Positions 49,434 through 64,000 of a stretch of 64,000 nucleotides of DNA are shown here, one piece after another (the first letter of the stretch is position 1; each line of letters starts with the position of its first letter). Source of the stretch: Yuukianura sp. NJ FZ-2021 (Eukaryota). The stretch lies in the NCBI GenBank assembly GCA_046563655.1, contig CM102286.1:11532001-11596000 (forward strand). Reading direction: 5' to 3'. Under the pieces are notes generated by a model. That model saw nothing but the letters and a program-made list of their open reading frames with translations. It did not search any database and was not told where the DNA came from. Position numbers and translations under genes: made by a program.

Positions 49434-52400
49434 ATGTTAGTCACTAACACTGACAGACCTTCACTGTTCAACGCTATTAACAATGGAACTGGGAGCAAAG
49501 ACCAATCACCAGGAGCAGTACCTGGTGAAAAGACGTGGAACGCTTTCGTTGAAAAAAGTGAAACACGGAGCAAAAGAGAAAGTAACAGCCGAGATCAAAG
49601 CATGAGAAATAAACTTCTTGCAAAGACGATGTAAATAAGTATCGTCAGATCAATTATAGAGAATTCCCACGCCGGATATTGTTGACCTAGACCTCTGATA
49701 TTGCTAGAGGTAACTTGAGGTCAAAGAGCATTTGGCATTATATTAATATTAATGCTAATATTATATTAATTAATATTATTAATATTAATATGTATACATT
49801 AATAAATATTAATATATACAATATTAAAATTAATTAATTTTAATATATATATATGTATATATATATAATATTAATTAATATATTATTAATAATATTAATC
49901 CTCGCGGCGTCAAAAATCCATCCCCGAATTGTGTAAAAAAGATGACCTTGACCTTTGACCCTGCTAGAGGCCACTCAAGCTCATCAAAATCGGATCCCCG
50001 CATTCCCCTTTCGAGTCTGCCCATCCGTTTCCGTGATGTAAATGGAGCATAACCTTGACCTATGACACCAATAGAGGTCACTTAAGGTGAATCCAAAAAC
50101 TGATTTTTAGTCATCTGGTTTGTAGTTACTCATTAAAAAGCTGCAAGGTCACAAAGTTGTTGTCTCAATGCGATGAACACCTTTTGTAAGGGTCATTTTT
50201 TTGATTTCCGTGAAAAAATGTGCTTGACCTTGACCTTTGACCCGGAAATTGGCCACTTCCGGTCAAACCAGAGACCGATTAGTCACCTCTGTACCATGTG
50301 AAGGTCATCTGCGAAAACAGGTTGAAAATCGGTCCTGTGGTTCCTGAGTTATAAACGCGCGTAGAATGAGCGACGCCATTTTGCAACTTTCATCGTCTAT
50401 ATCTCCAGAACCGTAGCTCAAAGGTCAAGGTCACCTACAGCAAAGTTGTTCCCCTCAATGAAATGAACAACTTTTGTAGAGGCCATTTGTCCAAATTCCG
50501 TCGAAAATGTACTTGACCTTGACCTTTGACCCGGAAGTTGGCCACTTCCGGTCAAACCGAAAACCACTTGTCCACCCCTGGACCATGTGCAGTTCATCTG
50601 TGAAGACAGATTGAAAATCGGTCCAGCGGTTCCAGAGATATTGTGGCTAGTATAGTCGGACGGACAGACGGACGGACAGACGGACGGACAGACGGACGGA
50701 CAGACGGACGGCCATTACGATTCCTATAAGTATCTGACGATACTTAATAACAAATGGAGCAAGTTTAAGTTGAAAAACACTGGAAGATCTTGTGACCCTA
50801 AATTGTGCTGGTACCAGCCATCCGTGGAATCATTGCCGATGGATTTTTGTAACAATACTTCCCTCCACGGATTGAAGTATTTGGGGCAAACGAAGCGCCA
50901 TCTCACTGAAAGGTAATAGAAAAGTTTTAGAAAGATTCAGTGAGCAACGTGTCAAAAGTTGAGATTGCACGTAAAACCTAAATGCAAACTTGTCTTAAAA
51001 TTTTACTGGAATTTTTGTTTTTATTCACCGAACTGCTTTTTCGGTAGAATTTTCTGGCTGATGGCATTTCTGATTGGCTGTTTTGCCGCGGTTTATTTAA
51101 TTTCTGACGTCTGGAGGAGATATAGAGATTCTCCAGTCATTGTCTCATTTGAACCGGAAGAAACCAACATAGATCAGATTCCATTTCCAGCAGTCACAAT
51201 TTGCAACATGAACAAAGTTCTCAGAACGAAGGCAATGAAGTACCAAGAGTAAGCAGGTTTATGGAATGGAAGCTAAGAAATTATCAAATTTTGAATCACC
51301 GAATTTTTTTTGTTTCAAATTAAAAAATTTTTCAGTGATTCTCGACAACCATATCACAATCGTACGAGTGACCAAAATCTTTACTACCTGGACCATGTTT
51401 GCTCTTCATCAAAAAGTTTTACTAAGAGGTTCAATTTGACCAGTCGCGGAGACGTTGACGTGGAACTCAAAATGAAGCTTGCTGATTGGCAAGTCGAGGG
51501 AACTCGAAACAACCGAAGTTACGTTAGTCGCTTTTTAATTGCAGCTTCTCAACCTTGTGAAGAAATGATACGTCTATGTACTTGGAAAGACAAAGTACAC
51601 AATTGTGACCACATTTTTCGTTCTATCGAGACGGACTTTGGGAAATGTTGCACATTCAACATGGTACCGCAGACGCTATTGCACAGGAAGAGGTTCGTAA
51701 TTTCTTCAAAAATGTTCATAAAATGTATCTCTGAACTGAAATTTGTTATTGTGGTAACAAAAACTAGAACTGATGACCGTGACGACCCGGCAGAACTAAA
51801 GCTTTGGAACATTTCGAACCTTGAGGAGACTTGGCTTCATTCAGATGGAAAACGGAAGGATCTGCCGGAAGATGACCTTCGACCCAGACGACAGAACCAA
51901 GCTGGAAAATCATTTGGACTTTCCATACTACTGGATCCAGCATTGAACGAGTACTTCTGCACAACCTCGGATTCTACTGGATTTCGTGTAAAAATGAGCA
52001 ATTTACGCATCAACGCAGTGCGCGTTGCTTTCATTGTAGTACTTTCAATTTTTCTTTCAGTTGGCCACGCATCTATCAACTGAAAACCCACATGTAATTG
52101 ACTATGGAATTGCCGTGATGCCGAATTCTGAAATGTTCATCAGTTTACGTCCAGAACTCACCAAAGCTGATAACACCATTCATGGATACCCCTTGGTAGA
52201 TTCACAAATAGTACTTACTGCATTTGAAATTTCGTTAACTAGATTGTTATATACTTCCTTTAAAAATTATTTCACAGGCTTCCCGAAATTGTTACTTTCC
52301 ATACGAGTTCAACTTGACATACTATGAGTACTACACGGCATCTAACTGTGTTGACGAATGCATCGCCGGTAAATTCTCCTAACTTTTTGTTTTACAATAG

Positions 52401-53590
52401 CCATGTTATGTTGAATTAAAAAAAACAGCCTTGTAAAAAATTTCTTCATAGATACAGTTTTTAAGGAATGCTACTGCGTGAGGTACTACATGCCAAGTAA
52501 GATAAATCAATGGTTTCTTAACTTCCGCATTTTACAGAAGTTGTAGTTTTAAGCAAATGAAAATTTTGGAATATCAGGAGGAGACAATGATCGACCATTA
52601 TGTGGACCTGGAAAATTCGCTTGCGTCGAAAATGTTACACGTAAGTCCAATTATCAATTGATACTAAACAAAAATGAAAACAATACTTTACTAAAAATAT
52701 TTTTCTTAATTTTTAAGGCGGCCTGGCGGATATTGGGTTGAAGCGAAACTGCAGCCATTGTTTACCATCTTGCACGGAAATTACTTACTTTGAAGAAACC
52801 ACCACTGCGCCACTACAAACTGACAAAAATTGGAAGAACAGTGAAGAATCTCATTCACACCTGTAACATTTTATAAAAGCTACAGAAAATTTATACATTC
52901 GAATTGAAATATTATATTGATTCTATTGATTTTCAGAGCATCAGCTAATTTCAGTATAGTCCATATTTACTTTGGTCAGGACAGCACTTATGCCAGAATC
53001 CGCAAGGAGTTGTATGGAACAACTGATTTATTCGGTAATTTCACTCCACCACTTAACCTACCCCATGATTCCAATTAATTTCAAAAGACACGCCACAGTT
53101 GAAAAGTCTCTCCCAACCTTACTTTCCAGCCAATACTGGAGGGTTAATGGGTCTCTGCCTTGGATTTTCTGGATTGAGTGCCATGGAGGTACTCTACTTC
53201 CTCACATTGCGTGCTTGGTGCAGAAAAAGACGGAGACGCAGTCTTGGTGCCAAGGTTGCTGCAAAATTTCGGGACTTGTGGATCAAAGCAAAGAACACTG
53301 GAAAATATAGAAACAGTCGAGCATCTACGTCGACTCAGAAGTCATTTATTAAAGCACGACATCCAACACCAACAATTGTAGATCAGGATTTTCATGGAAG
53401 TAGTCGCCTTGTATTCGCTCCACAACGGCATGTCTTATCCCCGAATTCACGATCTGAGCGGATTTTGAAAAAAACGCTTTCTTTTGTGGAAACGCCGGAA
53501 GAAAATCCGTTACCCATTTACAGTGCGTTCATCAGAGAGATTAGTCCATTTTATGCATCTCGACAACACGGAAATTCTGAATTTAATTAA
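49434..53590 (+). CDS. Pickpocket-type DEG/ENaC channel; exon 1 interrupted by a HINE (alternative start ATG 50839)
   Basis: FCNNTSLHGLKY (HG motif), TM1, IPFPAVTICNMN, ETDFGKCCTFN, Cys-rich thumb exons and ANTGGLMGLCLGFSGLSAMEVLYF (TM2, GxS). All downstream exons splice in frame. Confidence 0.88.
49608..50745 (-). mobile_element. Family-A HINE-like element inserted in ppk exon 1
   Basis: AATAAACTTCTTGCAAAGACG..TAAGTATCGTCAGAT at one end and TAAGTATCTGACGATACTTA at the other. Contains an AT-only expansion at ~49740-49900. Confidence 0.85.
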
Positions 53591-54192
53591 AAATCGTCTC
53601 GACGCGGGTTGTCCTTAACCCGCAAGTAGGCTTATGTTCGCTTTTTGGGCAAAAATATGAATTTTTTTTAAACTTATCATGGTTGTATTTACAATGTGTT
53701 ATACTTTTAGAAAAATGAAACTCAAGCTTTTAAATTGACACAATTGTAATTTGCAGCTACGCGAAAAAGCGTCAATAGGAACCAAAGTTATTTGCTGCCG
53801 AAATGGTGGGATGAAGGTGTTTTTCCGATCAGTGGGTGACATAGGTCAGTGAGGTTTAAAAATGATAATGTTTTTTTAATTAATATAAAATGTATAAAAA
53901 TAAAAAGTTCGTTGTCTCTCCAAAGTTTAAATAAAATCTTTTACCAGAATGTTAGAGAATAGAAGCAGTTTAAACATTTTTAAGCGAGCCGCAGCAAGAT
54001 GAACGTCAAACAAAATGGAGAAATATACTGAAACTATAATAAAAGATATTGTTAGAAAGATTTTAAACAACTTCTCATTTGGGAAATTTCAATTTGGCAA
54101 ACAGGTTTTTAAGCCCAGGTTTAAATAATACAAAATTAAGCATACTATAATCTTAGAAAGTATGAATTTACAATTTTCTCATTTTTATTTAA

Positions 54193-54895
54193 AATAAACT
54201 TCTTGCAAAGACGATGTAAATAAGTATCGTCAGATCAATTATAGGGAGTTTCCGCGCGGGATATTGTTGACCTAGATCTCTGGTATTGTTAGAGGTCACT
54301 TGAGGTCAAACAAAATTCCGAATCAGTCCTCGCGTCGTCTAACAGCGATGCCTGGAAACCACTTCCAAATCGGTCCATCCTTTTCCGAATTGTAGAGAAA
54401 AGGAGGATCATGAGCCTTGACCGCTTGACCCTGTTAGAGGTCACTCGAAGTGATCAAATTCGAATCCCCGTAAACCGCTTCCAAATCCGTCTATCCGTTT
54501 CCCAATTTGTACAAGAAAAAGATGACCTTGACATTTGACCATTTTAGAGATCACTCAAGGTCATCAAAATTGAATCTCCGCAAACCCCTTTCGAGTCTGT
54601 CCATCCGTTCCCGTCATGTAAATGGGCAATAACCTTGACCTTTGACACCAATAGAGGTCACTTGAAGTGAATCCACAAACTGATTTTTGGTCACCTGGTC
54701 AGTAGTTACTAATTAAAAAAAACTGCTTAAAAATCAGTGCAATGCTTATCGAGTTATAAGCATTACGGACGGACGGACGGACAGACAGACGGACGGACGG
54801 ACGGACGGACGGACGGACGGACGGACGGACGGACGGACGGACGGACGGACAGACGGACGGACAATACGATCCCTATAAGTATCTGACGATACTTA
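54193..54895 (-). mobile_element. Family-A HINE-like element (short form) with long (GGAC)n tract
   Basis: Same termini as the other family-A copies; microsatellite at 54765-54862. Confidence 0.85.
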
Positions 54896-55117
54896 ATAAA
54901 CAGAAAGTTTCTACAGATTAAAAATTCTTATTGTTGCATGTTCTTTATTATTAGGAAAAAGTTAATAAGTCAAGTTTTTGTGAAGGCAATTATTTTCCTT
55001 AGAAAATGTAATTTAACATTACTTTGAGTCTTCAATTCATGATTTTTCATTCATAACGGACAACGCGCCCAAACGAGTAACAGAAAACCAACTTGCGAAG
55101 TGATTGGACTAGTCCAA

Positions 55118-55646
55118 TCAAGGGTCCAACTTTGCTAGCGGAATTGTTGCACGCAACCGGCATCGGAGTAGTTGTTGTCGTTGTCGTTGTGAAAAAGGCC
55201 GATGGTCGGGTCGCAATTGTTGAAGTCGCAATTCAGCCCTCCGCCTTCGATGTCCCTTGTTGCAGCCAAGTGCTCCCTCGTTGTATTCGTATCGCGAGCC
55301 GAAACAGCATATCTGATAGAGTTCAACGAAGACCACGTGGAGATAGCGATAAACGTCCAATGGCAAGTCGAGCAAATAATCGTTTCCGGTGGCGATTGTT
55401 TCAAAGTATACCTTTTGCGTTTGAAATCCAAATTCTCTTACAGCCAGTTTGGTTTGGTCTACATCCAAACACGGCCCATTTCCGCTCCAGTACGTTGTAG
55501 AATTCATCGCTAGTCAGGCTTCTGTCAATGACGCAGTCGTTATCGCTGCGCGACGGGTAGAGGTTTGCTGCACAACATGCATGAAGCACCACTACTGTTG
55601 AAAAAACAGTTACGAGTGCTAGGTCCCTTCGTGGTATTAACCCCAT
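55118..55646 (-). pseudogene. Possible secreted Cys-containing protein, apparently frameshifted or of unresolved structure
   Basis: Signal-peptide-like MGLIPRRDLALVTVFSTVVVLHACCAA. That frame stops at 55401, while the other two minus frames stay open to 55118 and 55135. GC-richer than the flanks. Confidence 0.3.
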
Positions 55647-56557
55647 TTCACTTGGGTTTATGTTTGGAGGATGCCAGAGAGCACTTACTACGTTTGCAGA
55701 TAGGAAAAATAAGTTTTTAAAATGCTGGCTTAATTCCAATGTCAGTTCACTGAATTAAGTTGTAATAATTGTTTAGTAATAGACGCCTTTGAGATTAAAT
55801 CAAAGATCAAGTTGAATCATCCAAATAAATTGAAAAGATAATTTTTGACGAAATATATAAATTGGGACTATAAAGGATTGTTTGTCAATTTCCCCGCAGG
55901 TATAACGGTATCTAATGGCAACAAAAAAAAAAATAATAATAAAATTCGTGACGTCATCGAGCGGAAGTAGTAAGTTGTTTGGGATTTGTAGTTAAAATGC
56001 ACAAGTTTTCCATGAAAGCGTTAAAACGGAAACAGACAAAGCAGACAGTGAACATTCCGCGAAACCACGATAGAAATGACGTTACCGAAGAGAAAAAATC
56101 CCCTCAATTCTTGTTCATTTTTTATGGACCGTACCTATTATAATATTATATATTATAATAGCAGTATTCTATTTACCCTGATTTCCCAGTCCATTACCAA
56201 CCGAACCTAACCGTTCAACCGTCTTGCTCAGATGTAATAGGCTAAGGTTAGTAACCTCCTTCTAGGAAACGCACAGTATTCCAGGAACTACCTACTATTG
56301 TACAACTCATTTTTAAGCATGATTAGTTAGCCATAATTTGGTAATCCTCTGACTCAAACACTTTTAGAGAAAAGCAAGTTTTGATGGTTTATTTCGTCAT
56401 TGAAATTGGTTACGTAGTAGTTAAGCTTATCGTGACAACACAATTACAGTAAAAAGTACGATTTACTAGCCTCTTCGGTTAGTGCAATCAGAGCAACGCC
56501 GTATGAACTTAAATATTATGTAATCAATGTATTCTTTTAGCGATGTTTGATTTCCGA

Positions 56558-59057
56558 CTAGCCCAGCCCGTGGTCCTCGAATAAAGACTGCGGTATCTCC
56601 TCCTAGAATTTAAGAGTCAATTCAATATTCAGTTTCATAAATAAAGAATTAACGTTTTCGGAAACAAGAATACTATTTACTTGTTTCTTTTTTTAAATAA
56701 AAAGTCGTTTCAAAACGATCCAGCATTTGAGAAGGCTAATTAATATAACCAAAGAAAAAGGTGTGAAGGCGTCGAGGAAACATGTCTCAAGTTTCGGGAA
56801 AATATTTACATAGGTAAGCAAAAATAGGTAGGTAAGGAATGCGTCTAGATCAACAATAAAATCAAGTTAAGTAAGCAGGAATGACGTAAATAGAAAACAG
56901 GTAAGTGGAATAATTACGTTAGCAGGAATCGAAAAAATGCAGTTCAGTGAGTTCGGACGTTTGTGTAAATAGAAGACACAAAGATATTTCTTGTTTAATT
57001 TTTACACAAAATTTAACGAAAAAAAAAGTTTTCTTTTCTAGCGAAATATGAAAGTCGATATGATCTTTTATAGCTTATTTCTGTGTGTCCATATTTATAC
57101 ATATTCATTTGCTTTTTGTTGATAAAAGTCCGAAGCCACTATCCCGTCATTTTTTTATTCATGCTTATGTAGGTAGCATTGCTTATATAATTATTGATTC
57201 TGCTGCTTACCTGTTTCCTGTTTACCTAATTGTATTGCTGATCTTAAACAAATTTCTTAGTACTTCCTGATTAACTACTCTGGTTGTTGGGAGCCTGCGG
57301 GTATTCTAGAAGAGTTCGCCTACTGGCCCGACTGGCCGAGAATTACGCAAGTGGTGCGTGACTATCGACTGCATTACTACGGTTTACGTTCCAGTGGAAC
57401 AAATTATGAAATCAAACAAATAGATATAGAGACAGAGGAATGCAGCAGTATCAATATTCCTCTTCGAAATATGGCGGATAATGAAGCGTACAAGCAGCCC
57501 TTGACAACTCCGGATGCAAGACTTCCTGCCCTACACGCAGTAAAAGTAAGCTACTGTAATACAAGGTGATATAAAAACAAAATGAGCATTGATTTGACTT
57601 ATTAGTTAAATCTTGTATAAGTTTTGATGTAGCGGAGTCGTTTAATACGGATATAAAACAATATGAATAATCGTACTTTACCCAGAATATCCTACACCAA
57701 CAAACACAAAAATATAATTTAAGTAAAATATGCTGTTAAGTAAATGCTGTTTTTAAGAAACGAATGTTTTCGATTCCTTACTTTTGGTTTAAGAAAACTT
57801 AACAAATGCTGACTAACCAAAACTATTATAATCTTTTACAAGTCCATATTTTGGGGCCCCTCGCTTACCTCTTGCAAAAGGTCTTGAGCGGCAATTGCCT
57901 TCAACACGTTCTTCTTAGATGTTTCTTGAACTTCGCCGCCAATAAGGAGTTCGTCCAAAATAAAATAGGCTTTCTCGAAATTAAAGATTATGTCCAGTTC
58001 GCAAACCTAGAAAAACAAATAAATATTCAAGCTGTATGTGGGTTTAACTAAGCATATTCTAAAAATAACATCATTTCTGTACGAAACGGGCGGGCATGGA
58101 ATGGGATGCCACACCACAAACTTCGCAAACGAGGTGTGACCAGCGCTTGCAAAGTTTTCTCAAAAAAAAAAAGAAGCTAACCTACCTCCATTCAGCTGTT
58201 TCAAAGACCACTAATAGTGGGTGGAGCAGTATAAATGGAGGTAAAGGCGAGAAAACTCTCATATACAGCTTTACTTCGTGTACTATGGAGTGTTACCTTG
58301 CCAATTTATTGTCGAATAGAGAACTAAAGCATGTTACGAGAATACTGCAAATATGAGTAAAAGAGATGGAAAACTCACACTTCCGAAATACTTGTCTAGC
58401 AGTTCAACATATCGGTGGATAATTTCCAGCGTGAGCAACTCGTTGTCATGCTGCTCTATTGCACAACAAAAGTACAAACTGGCGTACCTACAAAACCAAA
58501 ATAACCATTGATTAATAAATTAACACTAACTTCCTATATACAACCAAATAACAAATAGGAAACAGTATAGTGCTGTTCACGTACAAGTGCACACCCCGAT
58601 ATTGTTCTTACATTTCCTCCAAAACCAAAAACGGGGGAGAAGCGTCACTATCAATACAAACGATTAAACCAAGACCAAATGGAATGCAAATTGGGAACTT
58701 GCAATCGCCACTACGTTATTTTCAGTATTCTCCCATCAATTTCCTCTCTTATTTTTGAAGAGAAAAATTCATTTCGTTGATGTGTACTTTTACGCGAATA
58801 ACGCGGAACTGTACTAGATTAGTAGCAGAACCATCAAGCATAACAACTGTAAAATTACTAGTTATCCTTTTCATTTACCTCTTGTATACAATTTTTAAAT
58901 CACGCCATTCTAAAAACGAGCACATCTTGGGTTTTCTTGCAAGTATTGTTGTAACGAGCTCTCTGGTAATTTTCTTCCGTGCCTTGTCAGGCTGCGCAAC
59001 ATACCACTTTTGAAGTCGTAGCTTGCCTTGCCGACTAAAGAGTAACATGAAATGCAT
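56558..59057 (-). CDS. AP1S: AP-1 complex sigma subunit
   Basis: [19 protein letters not shown]...[67 protein letters not shown] and last exon [14 protein letters not shown]. Confidence 0.94.
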
Positions 59058-60057
59058 CTGGAACCAGGCAAAATTTAATTCAATTAATGTGGGTTATCAT
59101 CAGGTACTTACATAAATTACTCTAGAAAATATAATTAATTCTCCGCTTCGATAAACCTAACATATGTATGGAACAGGTGATGAGACACTTCCAAAGTCAA
59201 TCCCACCCACATAACGTTAACACTACGCACAATTTCCACGTAAAACTACCCGTCCTGAACTTAACATAGCTGCTTACCATCTTGATTGTTATGCTGGCAA
59301 TAGATGCTTCTCACCCTGCGTTCGGCGATACTCCTTGTACTGGTGTTCGATCTCGTGAAGGTTATAATTCGCGAAGATGTACTAAAACCCATCAACAAAC
59401 AAATTTTTACTGTGAACGTCACTGATTGAATCTTTCGTCGGAATCTCACGAAAAGACAAACCCCTTCAGAGATCGTCCTTATTCCTCTGATTTCTGCAGA
59501 ATTGGAGACTGACGGGAAAAACTGCGACCGAATGGTAAAGACTAAAGTATGATCTCGAGAGAGACGAGTTGGCATCTGGCCTGGGTTGACTATTAGTCCG
59601 ACCCACGTAAGCTTTACATTAGTATGCATCAAACGTGAACATGTGAAGAACATTGAATGTGGTCGGTTTAGAATTCGTGGTGCGGGTTGGACGAAGTTGT
59701 AATGTTGAATTTGTACATTGTTCGCATGAAAGACAAATCAATGGACAGTAGTCTTAGATCATTGTTTGTTAGTTCTATTCATCTATCCCATCGTTTGGGG
59801 TCTGGGTACATGCGGTCTGTCACCCGTATCTTAACCAAGATTTGGCTGGAGATGACTTTATGTGTGTAATCATCTTCCTACTTGTACCTTTTAGGATGAA
59901 GACCACGAGGAGTTGATACCGACTCTTTCTTTCTGCTTGAGCTATTGTGGAGTTCACACGTCTCTGGTCGTCGTCGTTGAAGATTCACTAGCGATAACTG
60001 GCAAGATTCTACAAAGCCAATCAGTAGTACACGTGCGGAACCAAAGATCGTATAACT

Positions 60058-63235
<3,178 letters not shown>

Positions 63236-64000
63236 GTGAAGGAACAAATTACATCGATCTGTCAAAGACCAAATTATCTCCACTCTACAAAGTCGAATTC
63301 TATTTTTAAAAATTTTGGTAGCGATATCACTAAATATTTCCTGCAGGCATCTTTAAGATCGCTTTCTGTCAAATCCATGTCAACTTCAATATTGTTCGCC
63401 ATTCTGTGAGTGTTTCCTAATTGTTCATTTAGATCATACTGGGTGTTTTCGGTGCATTTAGTAAAAATATAGCTATTGCAATTTCATCAGTTGGTACAAA
63501 AGTTTTTTCTTGTTTTTTAAAAAAAAATCGCAGTTATGGCATTTGTATAAATGGGTGCTGTAGCAACTTTGGAATTGACTGGACAATAGCTTTTTCTTCA
63601 AGAAACCGAAACTTTAGTTGTTACAGAAATCTGTTTTGTCAGTAGTGTGCTTTAAGAACTGATCTCCCAGTCAGTTTTTTTTCGCTACTAAACAAACTCC
63701 AATTTTTTTGAAAGCTGACAATCGTATGACTCGGGAATATACCATCCACCTTGGGAAGTCCATTTAGAACGCTGCTCTGCACACGTAAACTGTTGAATAG
63801 TTTAGGTAGAACTACTACTATAGAGGAGGAGGTGGGACGACGTAAGAACCTCCACTTTCGAAATCCAATGAAAAAATCAGAAAATGACGAAAAGCCGAGG
63901 ACCGTGAAGACTCAAAAGCATTAAAATTTTGGCGACGCACCACGTGCCTTTACAGCAAAACACTGAAGATTGTCAGTAGCAAACTGAACCTCTCTGGATG

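Noticed and set aside
49608..50745. HINE removed from ppk mRNA as an intron
   Set aside because: The only GT donor inside the element before the stop (AT|GTAAAT) is phase 2, while the AG acceptors I checked near the other end are phase 0.
55060..55410. Selenoprotein (three in-frame TGA)
   Set aside because: No recognisable SECIS or selenoprotein motif; kept only as an unresolved ORF.

Overview
AT-rich, intron-containing animal genomic DNA, most likely an arthropod (pickpocket channel, turtle, TTAGG repeats, short introns); the exact taxon cannot be read from the sequence. Host genes, left to right: ERG28 (-), RGS7/EGL-10-type RGS (+), ECT2/pebble (-), FAM50/XAP5 (-), HMG-CoA reductase (-), turtle/IGSF9 (-), a pickpocket DEG/ENaC channel (+), a possibly broken secreted-protein ORF (-), AP-1 sigma (-) and AHCY (+). 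Four observations stand out. (1) The HMG-CoA reductase is catalytically complete but starts directly at the catalytic domain, with no room for the membrane/sterol-sensing domain, so it looks like a natural soluble 'tHMGR'. (2) An 11.3-kb element with 110-bp TIRs and an 8-9-bp TSD (Mutator/foldback-like) carries shuffled cargo: zinc-knuckle genes, a HECT fragment, a pogo transposase split by about 8.2 kb, and a nested, intact, intron-containing DD41D transposon. (3) Six DINE-1/HINE-like elements in two terminus families share internal modules rich in nuclear-receptor motifs. (4) One of these six interrupts exon 1 of the ppk gene, and removing it restores the reading frame. Exon boundaries were derived by eye, and family assignments rest on remembered motifs, not database searches.
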